DNA of 61,380 bases, the filler included, from Gonapodya sp. JEL0774 (taxonomy: Eukaryota): assembly GCA_027604505.1 (NCBI GenBank). It is 15 parts of 15 records of this genome, joined end to end, with 100 filler letters (N's around TTAATTAATTAA, not from the genome) between each part and the next. Parts side by side here need not be neighbours in the genome. Positions count along the whole stretch, not along the records: positions 1 to 4,028 come from JADIIX010001069.1; positions 4,129 to 8,155 come from JADIIX010001070.1; positions 8,256 to 12,275 come from JADIIX010001071.1; 12 more parts are not named here. The stretch is one strand, 5' to 3'. The notes under the pieces were generated by a model, which had not been told where the DNA came from, made no database searches, and was given only the letters and a program-made list of their open reading frames with translations. The number at the start of each line of letters is the position of its first letter. The stretch's first letter is position 1. Shown here one piece after another: positions 1 through 11,408 of the stretch. The position numbers were made by a program, and so were the translations under genes.

Positions 1-3000
1 ATGGCATAGTTCTTCACTGAAATTAATATACTTTTGATACAAATATTTGTCTTCCATATTATTGATCTAGGGGTGGGGGTTGTAAAAATCGTGACACATC
101 GAAGCTCAACAAATCAGTCTGTCTTGCCCTCCTCATGACCATTGACATCTCAATTCGCGATAGGATGGACACTGGCGTGAAAGATGGGACGGCCATGGAG
201 CTGTGGAAGTCGATGGAGAAAACATACATGGTCGTGACTGTAGCTGCAGAACAGAACACCATCAAGGAATGGCAAGGCGTCTCGGCCACAGGAAAGACAA
301 CGGACTAATACGATAATGAGTTCTGGAAGAAGTAAGAGGAATACAAGGCAATGGGCAGGGAACCGGATGCCGGGACAATTGCCCTGGTGTATTGGACAGC
401 ATCCACAATGCCTATCTCCCCGTTTACAACAAATACCCATTTGACGACATGATCGACCTCAATTGAGTGAAAACTGCAATGCAGATCCTCGAACGAAGGT
501 CAAGGCCAAAGCATCGGCCAATGTCGCCTTGAAAGCGCCAGGAACAAATTCGAAAACCACCTCTAACCCCACCGCTTGCACTCCAAACATCAAGTGCTGG
601 AATTGTGGCAACCTGGCCACATTTCAAGCAGATGGAAAGAGCCCTGCAGGACGTGCAGTCACCCCGAGCACAAGTCCAACAAATGCCCTGAGAAACAGGC
701 AAAGAAAAACTCAAAACCTAGCGTGAACACAGTGGAGACACGCAGGAGAAGCACAAATGGAACCAAAAGAAGATGGATAGAGGTGCCACCAAACACTAAC
801 ACTGTATTTGAGTACCTGAAACAGTTGATGGCAACTACACCTGTTCAAACAAAGTCAGGAATGAAAAACGAGAACAAAAGTCCAAGACGTTATCTTGGCC
901 AGTGCACTCCACAGTAACTCCCTTCGTGGGAGTGGGGCCTGAGTGTGCTGAGGTGGTGCATCTCGTGTCTCCTATGAAAACTGCTCATACTGCCCCACAT
1001 GAGTGACGTGAAACGAAGATACATGACAAATCAAATTCCATTTCTCTTCTCAAAAATGAAATATCTGTGTTCAGTTTTAACACACATAGTGGTAATGAAA
1101 TCTCGTATTGATCCTTGAATTTACAAGTTCATGTTGAAACTGCTGCATCACACTCTATATGCCCCAGTCGTGACTTTCTACGGAACTTCAAACCTGAAAA
1201 TATTGAGATTAGATTAGCAGACATTGGATCCACGTCTGTTGCAGAAGGACGTGGTACACTTATAGTTTTATTTCATGCATCAAAATATGTGACCTTGCGC
1301 GCAATCCCTGGTGTGCTTTACAATCCAGGAAATTGTTTTGTCTTACTATCTGGTGGAAGTTTGCAGAATGCTGGAATAGCGATATGGGCTCCAGCAAACT
1401 CAAATATTCTTGAATTACACAACTCTTCAGGCAAAGTTATATTCCGCAGATCTCCAGTCAGTCTCAGTCTGTATCAAATGCCCATTTCAGTTGAGCGTAC
1501 CAAAACAGACATTCCACAAGCATTTTTGTCGCATGAATTGAATTTTGACCTCGCTTTGAATCACTTACGCCTCGGGCATTTAATCTATCAGGATTTACGC
1601 CAATTAGCAAGATCTGGCCACGTTTGTATTTCAAATTCGGCTTCTCAATACCATTTGAATTTTTTAGGTTGTGACTTAGGAAAGGCACACGTGAAGCCTA
1701 ATACTTATCCTCAGAGACAACGCACCACTCAACCAGGTGTACGCCTGCATGCTGACGTTTGGGGTCCTGTTCCCAAAGGTTTTTGCTGCAATTGGTGGAA
1801 TAAAATACTTCCTAAAGGTTAAAGATGATGCAACATCCTATGGGTGGGTCAGAGGGATGCGCTCTAAAGCACAGGCATCTCACCTTTTTCGTGAAGTAAT
1901 TATTCTAAGTGGAAACCAAATTGATGGTTTTAAAGTGAAGGTTCTTCATAGCGATAACACTGGGAAAATCTTAAAGAATACTGAAATGGCACAGTGGATG
2001 GCGGGACGTGGTATTCGAACTGAGCTGTCACCAACACATACTTCTTCCAGTAATGGTATTGCTGAACGTGCTATGCGCACAGATGTTGAAAATTTACGCA
2101 GTGCTCTGATTACGTCTGGACTATCCAACATTTTATGGTATTAACTTCTCGAAGCCATCAATTATCCTCAAAATTGTTCTCCCTCATCTGCACAGAAGGG
2201 TCAGATTCCTTGGAAACTTTTAATGAAGCGCCGTGTTATTTGGATCACTTGCGTGTTCTTGGATGCAAAGCTATTGTCAAAGAGCAAGGATGATTCATGC
2301 AACAAATTACAAGCTCAAGCTGATGTGTGTTATTTAGTTGGATATGATGTGGATTCCACTGTCTACAAATAATGAGATCCAACATCACGTACTACTTGAC
2401 ACTCACGTGACGTTGATTTTCGTGAAGAGGCTTTATAAGCGCACAGTGTTTACCTCATTCAGGCCACTCTTTGAAACTCGATGATGAGAACGACAAATTC
2501 CCTCGTGTTGAATATTTTAATAATTGGTAAACCTGATACTACACCTTTATTGGCATCTATTACAGGTCATGCAAATGATGACAGTGATGACGGCAATGAT
2601 CCTCCACCAAAACGGGTCACTCGGAGTAGGACGCAATCTCAGGTTCCTCTGGCACCTACAAAGCCGAAGGCCGTTTCTGACATTGAACGTGACCCACATG
2701 ATACTCCCACCAAAATTGGAGATATTGACAAGGGCAAAGATCCGGTTTTGTGGTTGTATGGTAGTGCATTACCTCCATTTCCACCACCGGCACTGGTTCA
2801 ACCTGGAAATCTGAGGGTTGCAATTCCTCCACCTGCTCCTGTTAAAACTGGCGACCCTATTGTTAAAGTTACACAAAACAAGAGTGCGAAACTTGATGGA
2901 CCTGTTGTCAGAATTCAACCTTCACACACTGTTAAATCTGGTGCACCAGTTGTCCGAGTTAACCCCAGTAAAAGCTGTTAAAGCTGGTGGTCCTACTGTT

Positions 3001-4028
3001 ACGATTAAGCAACCTCTGCCTGCTCCACCTGCCCCCAAAAGCAACACTGATTAGTTGTGGAAATTCTTTCCCCTTCCGCAGGCTTTAAGTCCAGTCTACC
3101 TCGACCTGTTAGTATTGTTCCTGTCAGGGGGAGCACGTTGGTAATGTTGTAGAACAGGGGGAGTGTTTGCAGACTTTAGATGATTGTAATGTTGACCAGG
3201 GGGAGAGCTTGCAGAATCTTAATGTGGATGCAGATTCTGAGGTTAAACTGCCAGAACTTACTATGGATGATGACAAGGAGCTAACAGATTTTCAGAGAGA
3301 AAATTTGGAGCTGAGTCTGGATACTATTACAGACCTGTTCTAAGATCCAGCACCTTACATTAACATCGCAGACCATCATGAATGGGTTTTACGACAAACT
3401 CAGGACTAGTTCTCTCCTCTGAGTAACTATAAGACAGCACTCGTCTCTGATTATAAAGAGTATTAGAATCACACAATGCAAAATGAATTTGATCAATTGA
3501 ATGAGTTTGGTACATGGAATCTTGTACCCATTGAATCTGTTCCTAAAGTTCACCCAATTCTCACTGGTAAATGGGTCTATGCAGCAAAGGCATTAGAAGT
3601 TGCCAATATGAACTTCAAAGCATGTTGGTGTGCATGTGGGTTTACGCAGAAGCATGGAATGGACTACAATCAGACATTTGCTGCTGCAATGAACAGGAAA
3701 GATTCTTTTAGCCATGGCTGCACATGATGGCGATGCAATTTTACAATTTGATATTGGAAATGCGTTCATGAACAGCTGCATGGATTTACCAAGCCTGGTT
3801 TTGTTTGCAAATTGCGAAAATCTTTATATGGACTCAAACAAGCAGCCAATGTTTGACAAGAATTACTCATCAAGACTTTAAAGGATATGGGTCTTAAGCA
3901 ACTAGCTTGTGATTCTGCTCTGTTTGTTTGTGCTCCCAAGGATCCCAAATGTGTCAAGTTTGGATGTTCTCAGGAATCTAAGGAGTGTTGGGAAAAGGCT
4001 TGTATGTCAATCTGGGTGTGGTGAAGGG
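1..4028 (+). mobile_element. Degenerate Ty1/copia LTR retrotransposon, internal region (gag-PR-IN-RT)
   Basis: Copia domain order. Zn knuckle CWNCGN..H near 595; protease remnant ETAASHSIC (~1135); pre-integrase HLRLGH; integrase LHADVWGP, LHSDN, SNGIAER (1740-2140); RT WNLVP..ILTGKWVY, FDIGNAFMN, CKLRKSLYGLKQA (3476-3850). Many stops, frameshifts and microdeletions. Confidence 0.93.
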
Positions 4029-4128
4029 NNNNNNNNNNNNNNNNNNNNNNNNNNNNNNNNNNNNNNNNNNNNTTAATTAATTAANNNNNNNNNNNNNNNN
4101 NNNNNNNNNNNNNNNNNNNNNNNNNNNN
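4029..4128. other. Artificial contig spacer (first of 14)
   Basis: N44-TTAATTAATTAA-N44, which gives stops in all six frames. Also at 8156, 12276, 16394, 20507, 24614, 28715, 32813, 36908, 40999, 45083, 49166, 53240 and 57313, each 100 nt. Confidence 0.99.
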
Positions 4129-5048
4129 GCCTCGTGGATAGGCACCATGAACGGTGCACTCTTCACTTTTGCCGTCATCGGACTAACGACATATCCAGGG
4201 AGCACTGCAGACACGAGCACACCTTGGGACGCGAGGCCCGCGCGAAGGCTAAGAGCCAAGACATGAACAGCCGATTTGGACGCAGAGTAGGCACCGAGAC
4301 GGGGGAGATAGGCAGAGAGGGAAGAGACGAGGGCGATCTGGCCTCTGCGCCGGTGAAGCATGGACGGCAGGGCGGGGTAGATTGTGTTAAACAACCCTGC
4401 CGGAGGGAGTTTTTGATGAGACGTTTCGGAAACGCAAGTGTATTGAGCACTCACCGTCTACGTTTGGAGAGAACATTTTCCTCGCGCACTCTTCTGCTCT
4501 TGTTGCATCCGCCGGATCCATCCCGTACGTGGCCTCCGTCACCCCTGCGTTCGCAATGACCAAGTCCAGCCCACCCACGTGTTCGTCAACTTCTTGTATC
4601 CATGTACGCATGCCATCTCTATCCACCACGTCCAGAGACTTCATGAGAACAGTTGCTCCCTGTGAAAGGCAACGAGAAGCGATTGTCTGGAGCGCGGTGG
4701 TGTTTCGCCCCGTGAGAGCGAGAGTGGTAGTTGGCGAGGCGTAACGGAGAGCGAGTGCTTCTCCGATGCCGCTTGTGGCGCCGGTAATGAGTACGGTCTG
4801 AAGCCATTTGCACTTTTGGATGTTTCCAACCCAATCTATGATCATTTTCAGCTCAACGAACCTTCGGTACGATCCGAGGTTGTGCTCTTGTGAAACCAAG
4901 GAGATCGATCACTGCCACAATCGCTAGAGGTGGCAGAAGGAGCAGATTGACAGCCAGCTGGGACCCTGGCAAATATAAGCAAGCAGTCACAGGATGAGAA
5001 TGGGCGCCGATTCCATCGTACCTGGGCGATTGCATCAAGAGATCCCAT
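4129..5048 (-). CDS. Short-chain dehydrogenase/reductase with N-terminal membrane anchor (spliced, 3'-truncated)
   Basis: Exons join to MGSLDAIAQ|LAVNLLLLPPLAIV..|TVLITGATSGIG..NAG..VSS..YSASK. TGxxxGxG and YxxxK motifs; GT-AG introns. Confidence 0.9.
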
Positions 5049-5181
5049 GTCGTGTAGTCGAAAACTTGGAGCTACACTAATATTCATAACCGATACATGA
5101 ACCATTGACAAAAGATGCTGTTCCCGATCATCCGGCGGTTGAACTCCGGCATTATTTATCCGGGGATCTTGTCGCCCACAT

Positions 5182-5639
5182 TCACTCGTTGCTCTCAACC
5201 AAATCCATTCCAAATCGCACTCCAACTCCATCGGGACCTTCAACCGTAAAATCTCTCAGTCCGTAGTACTTGTTTGAGATGTCGTTCCGGATGAATAATC
5301 CCTCCAGAGTCTTCACTTTCTCATAGACCGAATCAACATCATTGACCATCACTCTGATGTTTGCTACTGTCGGTGCACCTTTTGGTGGGAGGCGGTGTTC
5401 TTCAACTTCTTCGAGGAACAAGCTGTTTGGGTTGGGAGGATATTGAAGAACTGCAAATTTTGGCTCTTGACGAGTGGTCACGAAGCCGAGCGAATGGAAA
5501 AAGGCCAGCGACGTGGAGATAGAGCGAACTGCAAGCAAGGTTCAGTGATGGAAAGCCTTTGGTGAATCTCAGGAGGTCGGTACCCACCGTATATCTCGCA
5601 AACGAACTGCCGTTCCGGTGGAAAGGGTGAGGCGGCCAT
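5182..5639 (-). CDS. Glyoxalase/bleomycin-resistance (VOC) family protein
   Basis: MAASPFPPERQFVCEIY|VRSISTSLAFF..LGF...VNDVDSVY...YYGLRDFTVEGPDG; one 59-nt intron at 5529-5587. Confidence 0.85.
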
Positions 5640-5778
5640 CCAAGATTCAGAATACCTTTGAAGCTGAGCTTTTAAAGCTGTGATTATGAACGCAACGACA
5701 AGATTTAGTCAGCTGTAATAGACGTGGTCGTGGCCACAGACGTCGGCATCACCCACACCGCTTGGACATTATCCATTA

Positions 5779-7095
5779 ATGAAACGCCGAGCCCAGAGCG
5801 ACCAGCAGTCCGAGCCATCTCCCAGTGGCGAAAAAGTACTCTCTTTTGAGGTGTCGGAATCCACAGAACCTTTGACAAAACGCGGGAAGCGAGAAGAGGA
5901 AGCCCTTCCCAATACGTTTACAAGCAGTGCGTTCGAAAGCACCGACAGATTTCCAATTGATTCGGCGGGATTTATTGGAGATGGCGGTACCAACGATGTA
6001 ATCGACGAGTGCGAGCTCAGCAGTAATGCCAACGATGACGATTGTGACCGTGAAAGTATGCCCGACAACCTCGACGAACTCCACCTCTCAGACGTCCACA
6101 CTGGCTCTCGTCACCCCGCATTCACCACAAGCACAGTCACTTCTGAAATCTCCCTACTCCCTCCTTCATGTTCTGTCCCGGATGGGAACCCATCCGCGTC
6201 GAGAACCATCACCATCCACCACCGCATGTCCACGACCCTGCAGAATGTTGGTCTCCAACTTTGGTCCGGAGCGTTGCTTTTGGCCGACTACATTCTCCAG
6301 AACCCCGAACTTGTGCGTGGCCGATCAACGATGGAATTGGGCGCAGGCTTGGGGTTGCCAAGCATCGTAGCGGTTGCGTTTTGTGGAGCCAAAAAGGTGC
6401 TTGTGACGGATGTGGGAGAGGAGGTGCTGAGTTTGTGTGAGCGGAATATGAAGTTCAATGTGGTGAATGACGGGAAGGACAAGATGGATGACGGGAAGGT
6501 GCCGTGGGCCGTAAAGGAAGTCAATTGGCTGGATGACTCTTTTGATTTATGGGCGGATCCAAACGATTTGGACGATCATGCCAAGTCATCTGAGGCACCT
6601 ACCTCCCCATCTCCAGATGCCTACACCTGGCATTCTTCGGACACCCTCCAGTTTCAGTCCTCTGTAACCACACTTCTTGCCGCCGACATTATCTATACCC
6701 CACTCGCCACCGAACGTTTGGTGCGACGTTTACCATACCTTCTCCAGCGCACAAAGTTTGGCAAACAGCGCACACTCTACATGGCGGTGGAAAGGCGCCT
6801 GACTTTCGACTTGGAGGGGAAGGAGAGGGCTCCGAGCTACGACCACTTTTGGCACGTGGTCAAGGAGGTCAATGATGAAATAGGAAAGTGGGGGTTACCC
6901 CGAGTAGAGAAGCGCATCGAGGAGGGTGAAGGTGACGTGGATTCCCGGGATGAATCCAGAAAGGACACTCAGTTCCAGAACCCAGAATTGAGGTACGAGC
7001 AACTAAACACAAGTGAAGGTAAGGTGCCGGTGAGGGTAGGTGGGTGTAAGAGAACGGCTGAAATGGAACTATGGAGGATCTGGTTGGAGTACTAG
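5779..7095 (+). CDS. METTL22: METTL22-like SAM-dependent protein lysine methyltransferase (family 16)
   Basis: 438-aa ORF with HRMSTTLQNVGLQLWSGALLLADYIL, ELGAGLG, VLVTD and AADIIY motifs. Confidence 0.8.
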   Translation: MKRRAQSDQQSEPSPSGEKVLSFEVSESTEPLTKRGKREEEALPNTFTSSAFESTDRFPIDSAGFIGDGGTNDVIDECELSSNANDDDCDRESMPDNLDELHLSDVHTGSRHPAFTTSTVTSEISLLPPSCSVPDGNPSASRTITIHHRMSTTLQNVGLQLWSGALLLADYILQNPELVRGRSTMELGAGLGLPSIVAVAFCGAKKVLVTDVGEEVLSLCERNMKFNVVNDGKDKMDDGKVPWAVKEVNWLDDSFDLWADPNDLDDHAKSSEAPTSPSPDAYTWHSSDTLQFQSSVTTLLAADIIYTPLATERLVRRLPYLLQRTKFGKQRTLYMAVERRLTFDLEGKERAPSYDHFWHVVKEVNDEIGKWGLPRVEKRIEEGEGDVDSRDESRKDTQFQNPELRYEQLNTSEGKVPVRVGGCKRTAEMELWRIWLEY

Positions 7096-7394
7096 CTAGA
7101 GGCCCCAGCCTATTACATGGTGTACTGCAATGTTGCCTTACATACCCACACCGCATATATAGAATATGCATTTGGTCGACCGCTGACTTTGACGTTCACA
7201 ACATCAGGGCAGGGTCCGATGTACCACTCTCGGCTCTCCACGGCACACACTAGGTAGGAAATTTAAGATGAACATAGTAACCAGCGGAATCACTCCATCA
7301 AAGGATGAAATCCATCTGCGCCGACCACAGGTGTCTTGGTATATTCGTGATGATACTAGCACTTCGAGCTCGTAGTTTCGTCACCCGCTGCATG

Positions 7395-8155
7395 CTACTC
7401 AGCGCGTTTGCGCGCAGCAAAGTCCTCCATAAAGCGTGCCAGCGCCTCCACTCCCTCCTCTGCCATTCCATTGTATATACTCGCTCGGACACCTCCTACA
7501 CTCCTGTGTCCCTTGAGTTGCTGCAGGCCCACTTCTGACGCAGCCTTCAGAAACTCAGCCTCCACGTCTGCGTTGGGATTGCCATCCTTCCCTGCAACAC
7601 GAAACACCACATTCATCCGTGAGCGGCATGATGGTTCTACGGGGCACACGAAGGTTTCCGGGTGAGCATCGAGAACAGAGTAGAGACGGGTGGATTTGCG
7701 GATGTGGAGTTGTTCCATTGCATTGAGCCCGCCCTGGTCGAGCAACCACTTGAAAACAAGCGCGGCAACGTAAATGGGGAAAGTTGGGGGCGTGTTCCAC
7801 ATGGAGTTGTTGTCAGCCATGACTTTGTAGTCGAGCATGCTAGGGAATGGTGTCTTGTATGGTCTTGCGCCGATCAAGTCGTTGCGGATGATGACCACGA
7901 CCAGGCCGGTGGGTCCAAAGTTCTTTTGGGCGCCTGCATAGATCAGTGCGTGACGGGAGACGTCTATTGGGCGGGATAAGAGGGTGGAAGATGCATCACA
8001 GATGAGTGGAACGGAAGGATCAATCTGGGAAGTTTTGTGAGTTTACGCGAACTTTCCATCATGAATGCGGAAAAATTTGGAACCAAAAGAACCACTCACA
8101 TCAGGGACTTCGAACCATTCCACTCCCGAGACCGTCTCATTCATGCAATAGTGGA
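7395..8155 (-). CDS. SER1: Phosphoserine aminotransferase (5'-truncated)
   Basis: YCMNETVSGVE, DASSTLLSRP, YAGAQKNFGP (PLP lysine), NTPPTF, RSRMNV, KGHRSVGGVRASIYN. Confidence 0.95.
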
Positions 8156-8255
8156 NNNNNNNNNNNNNNNNNNNNNNNNNNNNNNNNNNNNNNNNNNNNT
8201 TAATTAATTAANNNNNNNNNNNNNNNNNNNNNNNNNNNNNNNNNNNNNNNNNNNN

Positions 8256-9533
8256 GGGAAAGAGACTGGTAAAGATGGGACTTGGCGCCTCAGAAGAGTA
8301 GGAGAGTACGGATTGCGGGGACCTGTTGGTGCTATAGTACCGCACATTCGAAGGTAAAAGAATCTGCACTGTAGCCGAACGTTCGTTTTCAAGTTTTGGA
8401 GGTAACCACTTTCTCCCAAATGAACTCAGCTACCTCCTAGCCGCCTCTGGTCGGTATCTACATGCGTTGAAAATTGATGCAGGCTCGAAATCGTGAGTTT
8501 GTGAAGTCTTTTGCTCACACGGATTTTAGTTTAAGCTTCCACTGCATTGTGTCTATCTCCTTCCGCATGCTCAACAATCGATGTGTTTGAAGACTTGTGT
8601 CTCCAACCTCCTGCCAGCTTCGATGGCCTATCTCGGCACTGGAGCCGTCAAGTGGAACTTCGCCTGAGATCTTCGTTGGTAGCGCGAGAGATTCGGCCAG
8701 TGTGTACCATTACGATCAAGCCACAAAGAGATTTGAGTTTGTAGGGAGGTGAGTGGTGGATGAACTCATGGCAGAACGGGGACCGGCAGACTCTGTTGAT
8801 GGGCTGTGCATACCCTAGTGATCGAACATCTCGACATGCCTCCTGCCTTCTACCTCTTCCATCATCAGACCTCGTGGTTTCCTGTGACCGAGCGGGTGGT
8901 GTTTCGGTACTTTCATCCCGGGTTACTCAAGGGGCAATTGAGCGATCACTACGGACGCACATGAGCGTCTTCGTGGGAGAAACAGTCACAAGGTCTGTGA
9001 GGGTTGATGCGGGTACAGATCGCACTCTGTGTATTGGAGCTGATGGCTGTGTCGATGGCGGTGCGATACACTATGGCCACTGGACAGAGGATGTGTCTCC
9101 GCCGACAAGGACGATCGCGTCTGATGTCAACAGAAAGCCGAACAAAAGTCTGGAGCTGCAGCGACCTCAGAATGTTCTCATGTGCACTCTGCTAGGCTCC
9201 CTCCTTCACTTGGTGCCGCTGAGTTCCGAAACCTACAACAAACTCGCTGCTGTTTCGCAAGCACTGAGCGCTCAGCCCGCAATCAAGCCCATCCTGGGAG
9301 GAGACTGCTTAGCGTATCGCATGCGTGCACGATGTGGTGATGGCTTTGTCGCAGATGGCGATCTTTTGAACATGTGGTGGGGACTGACCGCGAAAGAAAG
9401 AGATGAAGTGGCTGATACCGCGGACAAGATATGGAGAGCGAAACAGCGAAATCTAGGCGGATCAGATGTGCACCTGGACGGTGACTGGATCGACAGAGCC
9501 CTTTGGGAACTCGGGGATGCTTGTGGCCTCTGA
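8256..9533 (+). CDS. DDB1/SF3B3/CPSF160-family protein, C-terminal CPSF_A region (5'-truncated, spliced)
   Basis: EIFVGSARDS, VVSCDRAG, CTLLGSLLHLVPLSSETY, PILGGD..YR, VADGDLL: a typical CPSF_A C-terminus. Confidence 0.7.
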
Positions 9534-10150
9534 TCGAAGTTGTTCGGGTGAGTGGGTGCCACTGGAAACCAAGCGCACCAGTCTGTTAGCTGACTAAGAG
9601 ATCTAGTATCATTGGCAAACCGCTATGGATGCACCGTTTTGTATGATCTACCGGTCGCATTCTACGAGCCTGATCAATCCGGTCCCAGGTTTCCGCTTTC
9701 GAATGTAGGGGACCGGGGTAGCGTGCTCCGAAGGTGCAAGAGAATGTACATATGCCCATACTTCGAAAATTTGATATTATTGATGCGTTCAGAGTCGCTC
9801 GCAAGTTCGCTGAACGATCAATACGTAACAATTGAACTCGACATACCCAGCAGCTCGGGCCTCTGACTAGGATCATGATGACCTCGTTATCAATATCATT
9901 ACTGGTTCTAGCGCTTTCCGAACATTGTAGTACTGTACTACACGCAATATAGAAATGAATCCGTTCAGCTATGACAACTTTCACGTCCATACCGACGTGG
10001 AATAGACCGACACGGGGCGCGCCCACTTGCGACTCTCAGCCGACAAAAAAAAAAAAAGCATTATCCACTCAAGAATTGTTCTGCAATAGCTGAAATAGCT
10101 ACCATGCACCATATATACGTCATATACCTATTCCGAATTTGAGGTTTCTC

Positions 10151-10620
10151 TCATAAATAGTCATCCTCATCCACAGTGTCGACGTCCTCATTGCCCACCT
10201 CGTCCCCCTTGTCTTCCTCACTAGTCACTTTCCTCTTCCTCCTCTTCCTCCTCATCTTCCTCACCTTCCTCTTCGTCCTCGTCTGTCTGGTATCCCTCGC
10301 TCTCTTCATCCTCCTCCATCCTCTGTTCAGAATCATAAACTTTCGAGTATCCAGCAGACAAGTTGCACTTCCACTCAACAGATTGTCCTTCCAACAAAGG
10401 GGCGTTTCCTCCAAGTGTTTGGTCTGTCCACATGCTCACATCGTGCTCCTCATCTGCTACGTCCTTTCTATTCACAGTTGACCAACGGAAATCAAAAGTG
10501 ATCGGCAATTCACGATGACCCAAAATAAATTCCAGCTTTTCTTTGCCAGCCTTCGTGGGTAGGATCGGCAGGTACTCTTTAAAACACACAGTCTCCAGCT
10601 TTGGAAGTGATTCCACAAGT
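10151..10620 (-). pseudogene. Orphan C-terminal gene fragment with acidic tail, frameshifted
   Basis: Coding-like LPKLETVCF...EEDEESEG. The acidic tail continues past TAG (10221) in another frame (SEEDKGDEV..DEDDYL*). No start or clear acceptor seen. Confidence 0.4.
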
Positions 10621-10710
10621 GGAAGCGACAGGGTGTGGTGGCGCGTGCACGGTTTGTGATTGTATGAGTGCGACCACAGCGACGGACAGACCAGCAGGGA
10701 CACCGCGAAG

Positions 10711-11408
10711 ATGGTGAGGAGGGCGGGAGAAGAGGAGGGGGAGAGGAATGCGGAGAGAGAGGGGGACAGAGGAAGTGAGAAGGACCGGTGGATGGGATGG
10801 GTGGAGTGCGGGAAGTGATGGATGGATGTGGACAGAGGGGACGGTCCGGGAGAGGGCACCGACACGCTGAGGACGGACAGAACGAACCGAGACGAAGAAA
10901 GGGAAATAATAAAGAAGAAGAAGGGAAGAAGAGGCGAAACGGGAACTTCAAGTCTCCGCTGGTCGCTGGTGTTGTCGATGACGAGTCTGTACGACGGACC
11001 TGGGCAATTGCACATCTCCACCACCGCTGAGTCCCGGGTTCTGTCGTCCCTCGTATTTCGTAACTGACTGACCGTTGGCTTCTTCTTCCACTTACTGTGT
11101 CCCTCCCTTCCCTCCTCGACCCAACGCGCATCGCTTCTGTCCAGGCTCTCGTTCTCACCGACAAGTCGCAGTTCCAGCACATTCTCCGTCTTCTCAACAC
11201 CGTGCGTATTCTCGTTCCCTTCTGTCTGAGTTCCGTTCAGCTTCTGGTACCGCACGTCTCACTCACCTCACCTCTCCGCTCCTCCTCCCCCTATCAAGAA
11301 CATCGATGGTCGCCGCAAGGTCATGTACGCCCTCACTCACATCAAGGGTGTCGGTCGCAGGTACTCCAACATGGTCTGCAAAAAGGCAGACGTCGATCTG
11401 ACGAAGCG
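10711..11408 (+). CDS. RPS18: 40S ribosomal protein S18 (uS13), first three exons; 3'-truncated inside long intron 3
   Basis: Exon 1 ATG 10711-10713 (inferred, followed by GTGAGG); exon 2 11145-11201 [19 protein letters not shown]; exon 3 11299-11408 [43 protein letters not shown] donor at 11409. Confidence 0.93.

Noticed and set aside
4073..4084. TTAATTAATTAA recurring every ~4.1 kb as a biological repeat or piggyBac site
   Set aside because: Always centred in N runs; it is a six-frame-stop linker.
10975..11070. GATGACGAGTCTG resembling the snR75/U15 C/D guide
   Set aside because: Only 9 nt of rRNA complementarity, D' box reads CTGT, no good upstream C box, and part of the guide is buried in the hairpin stem.
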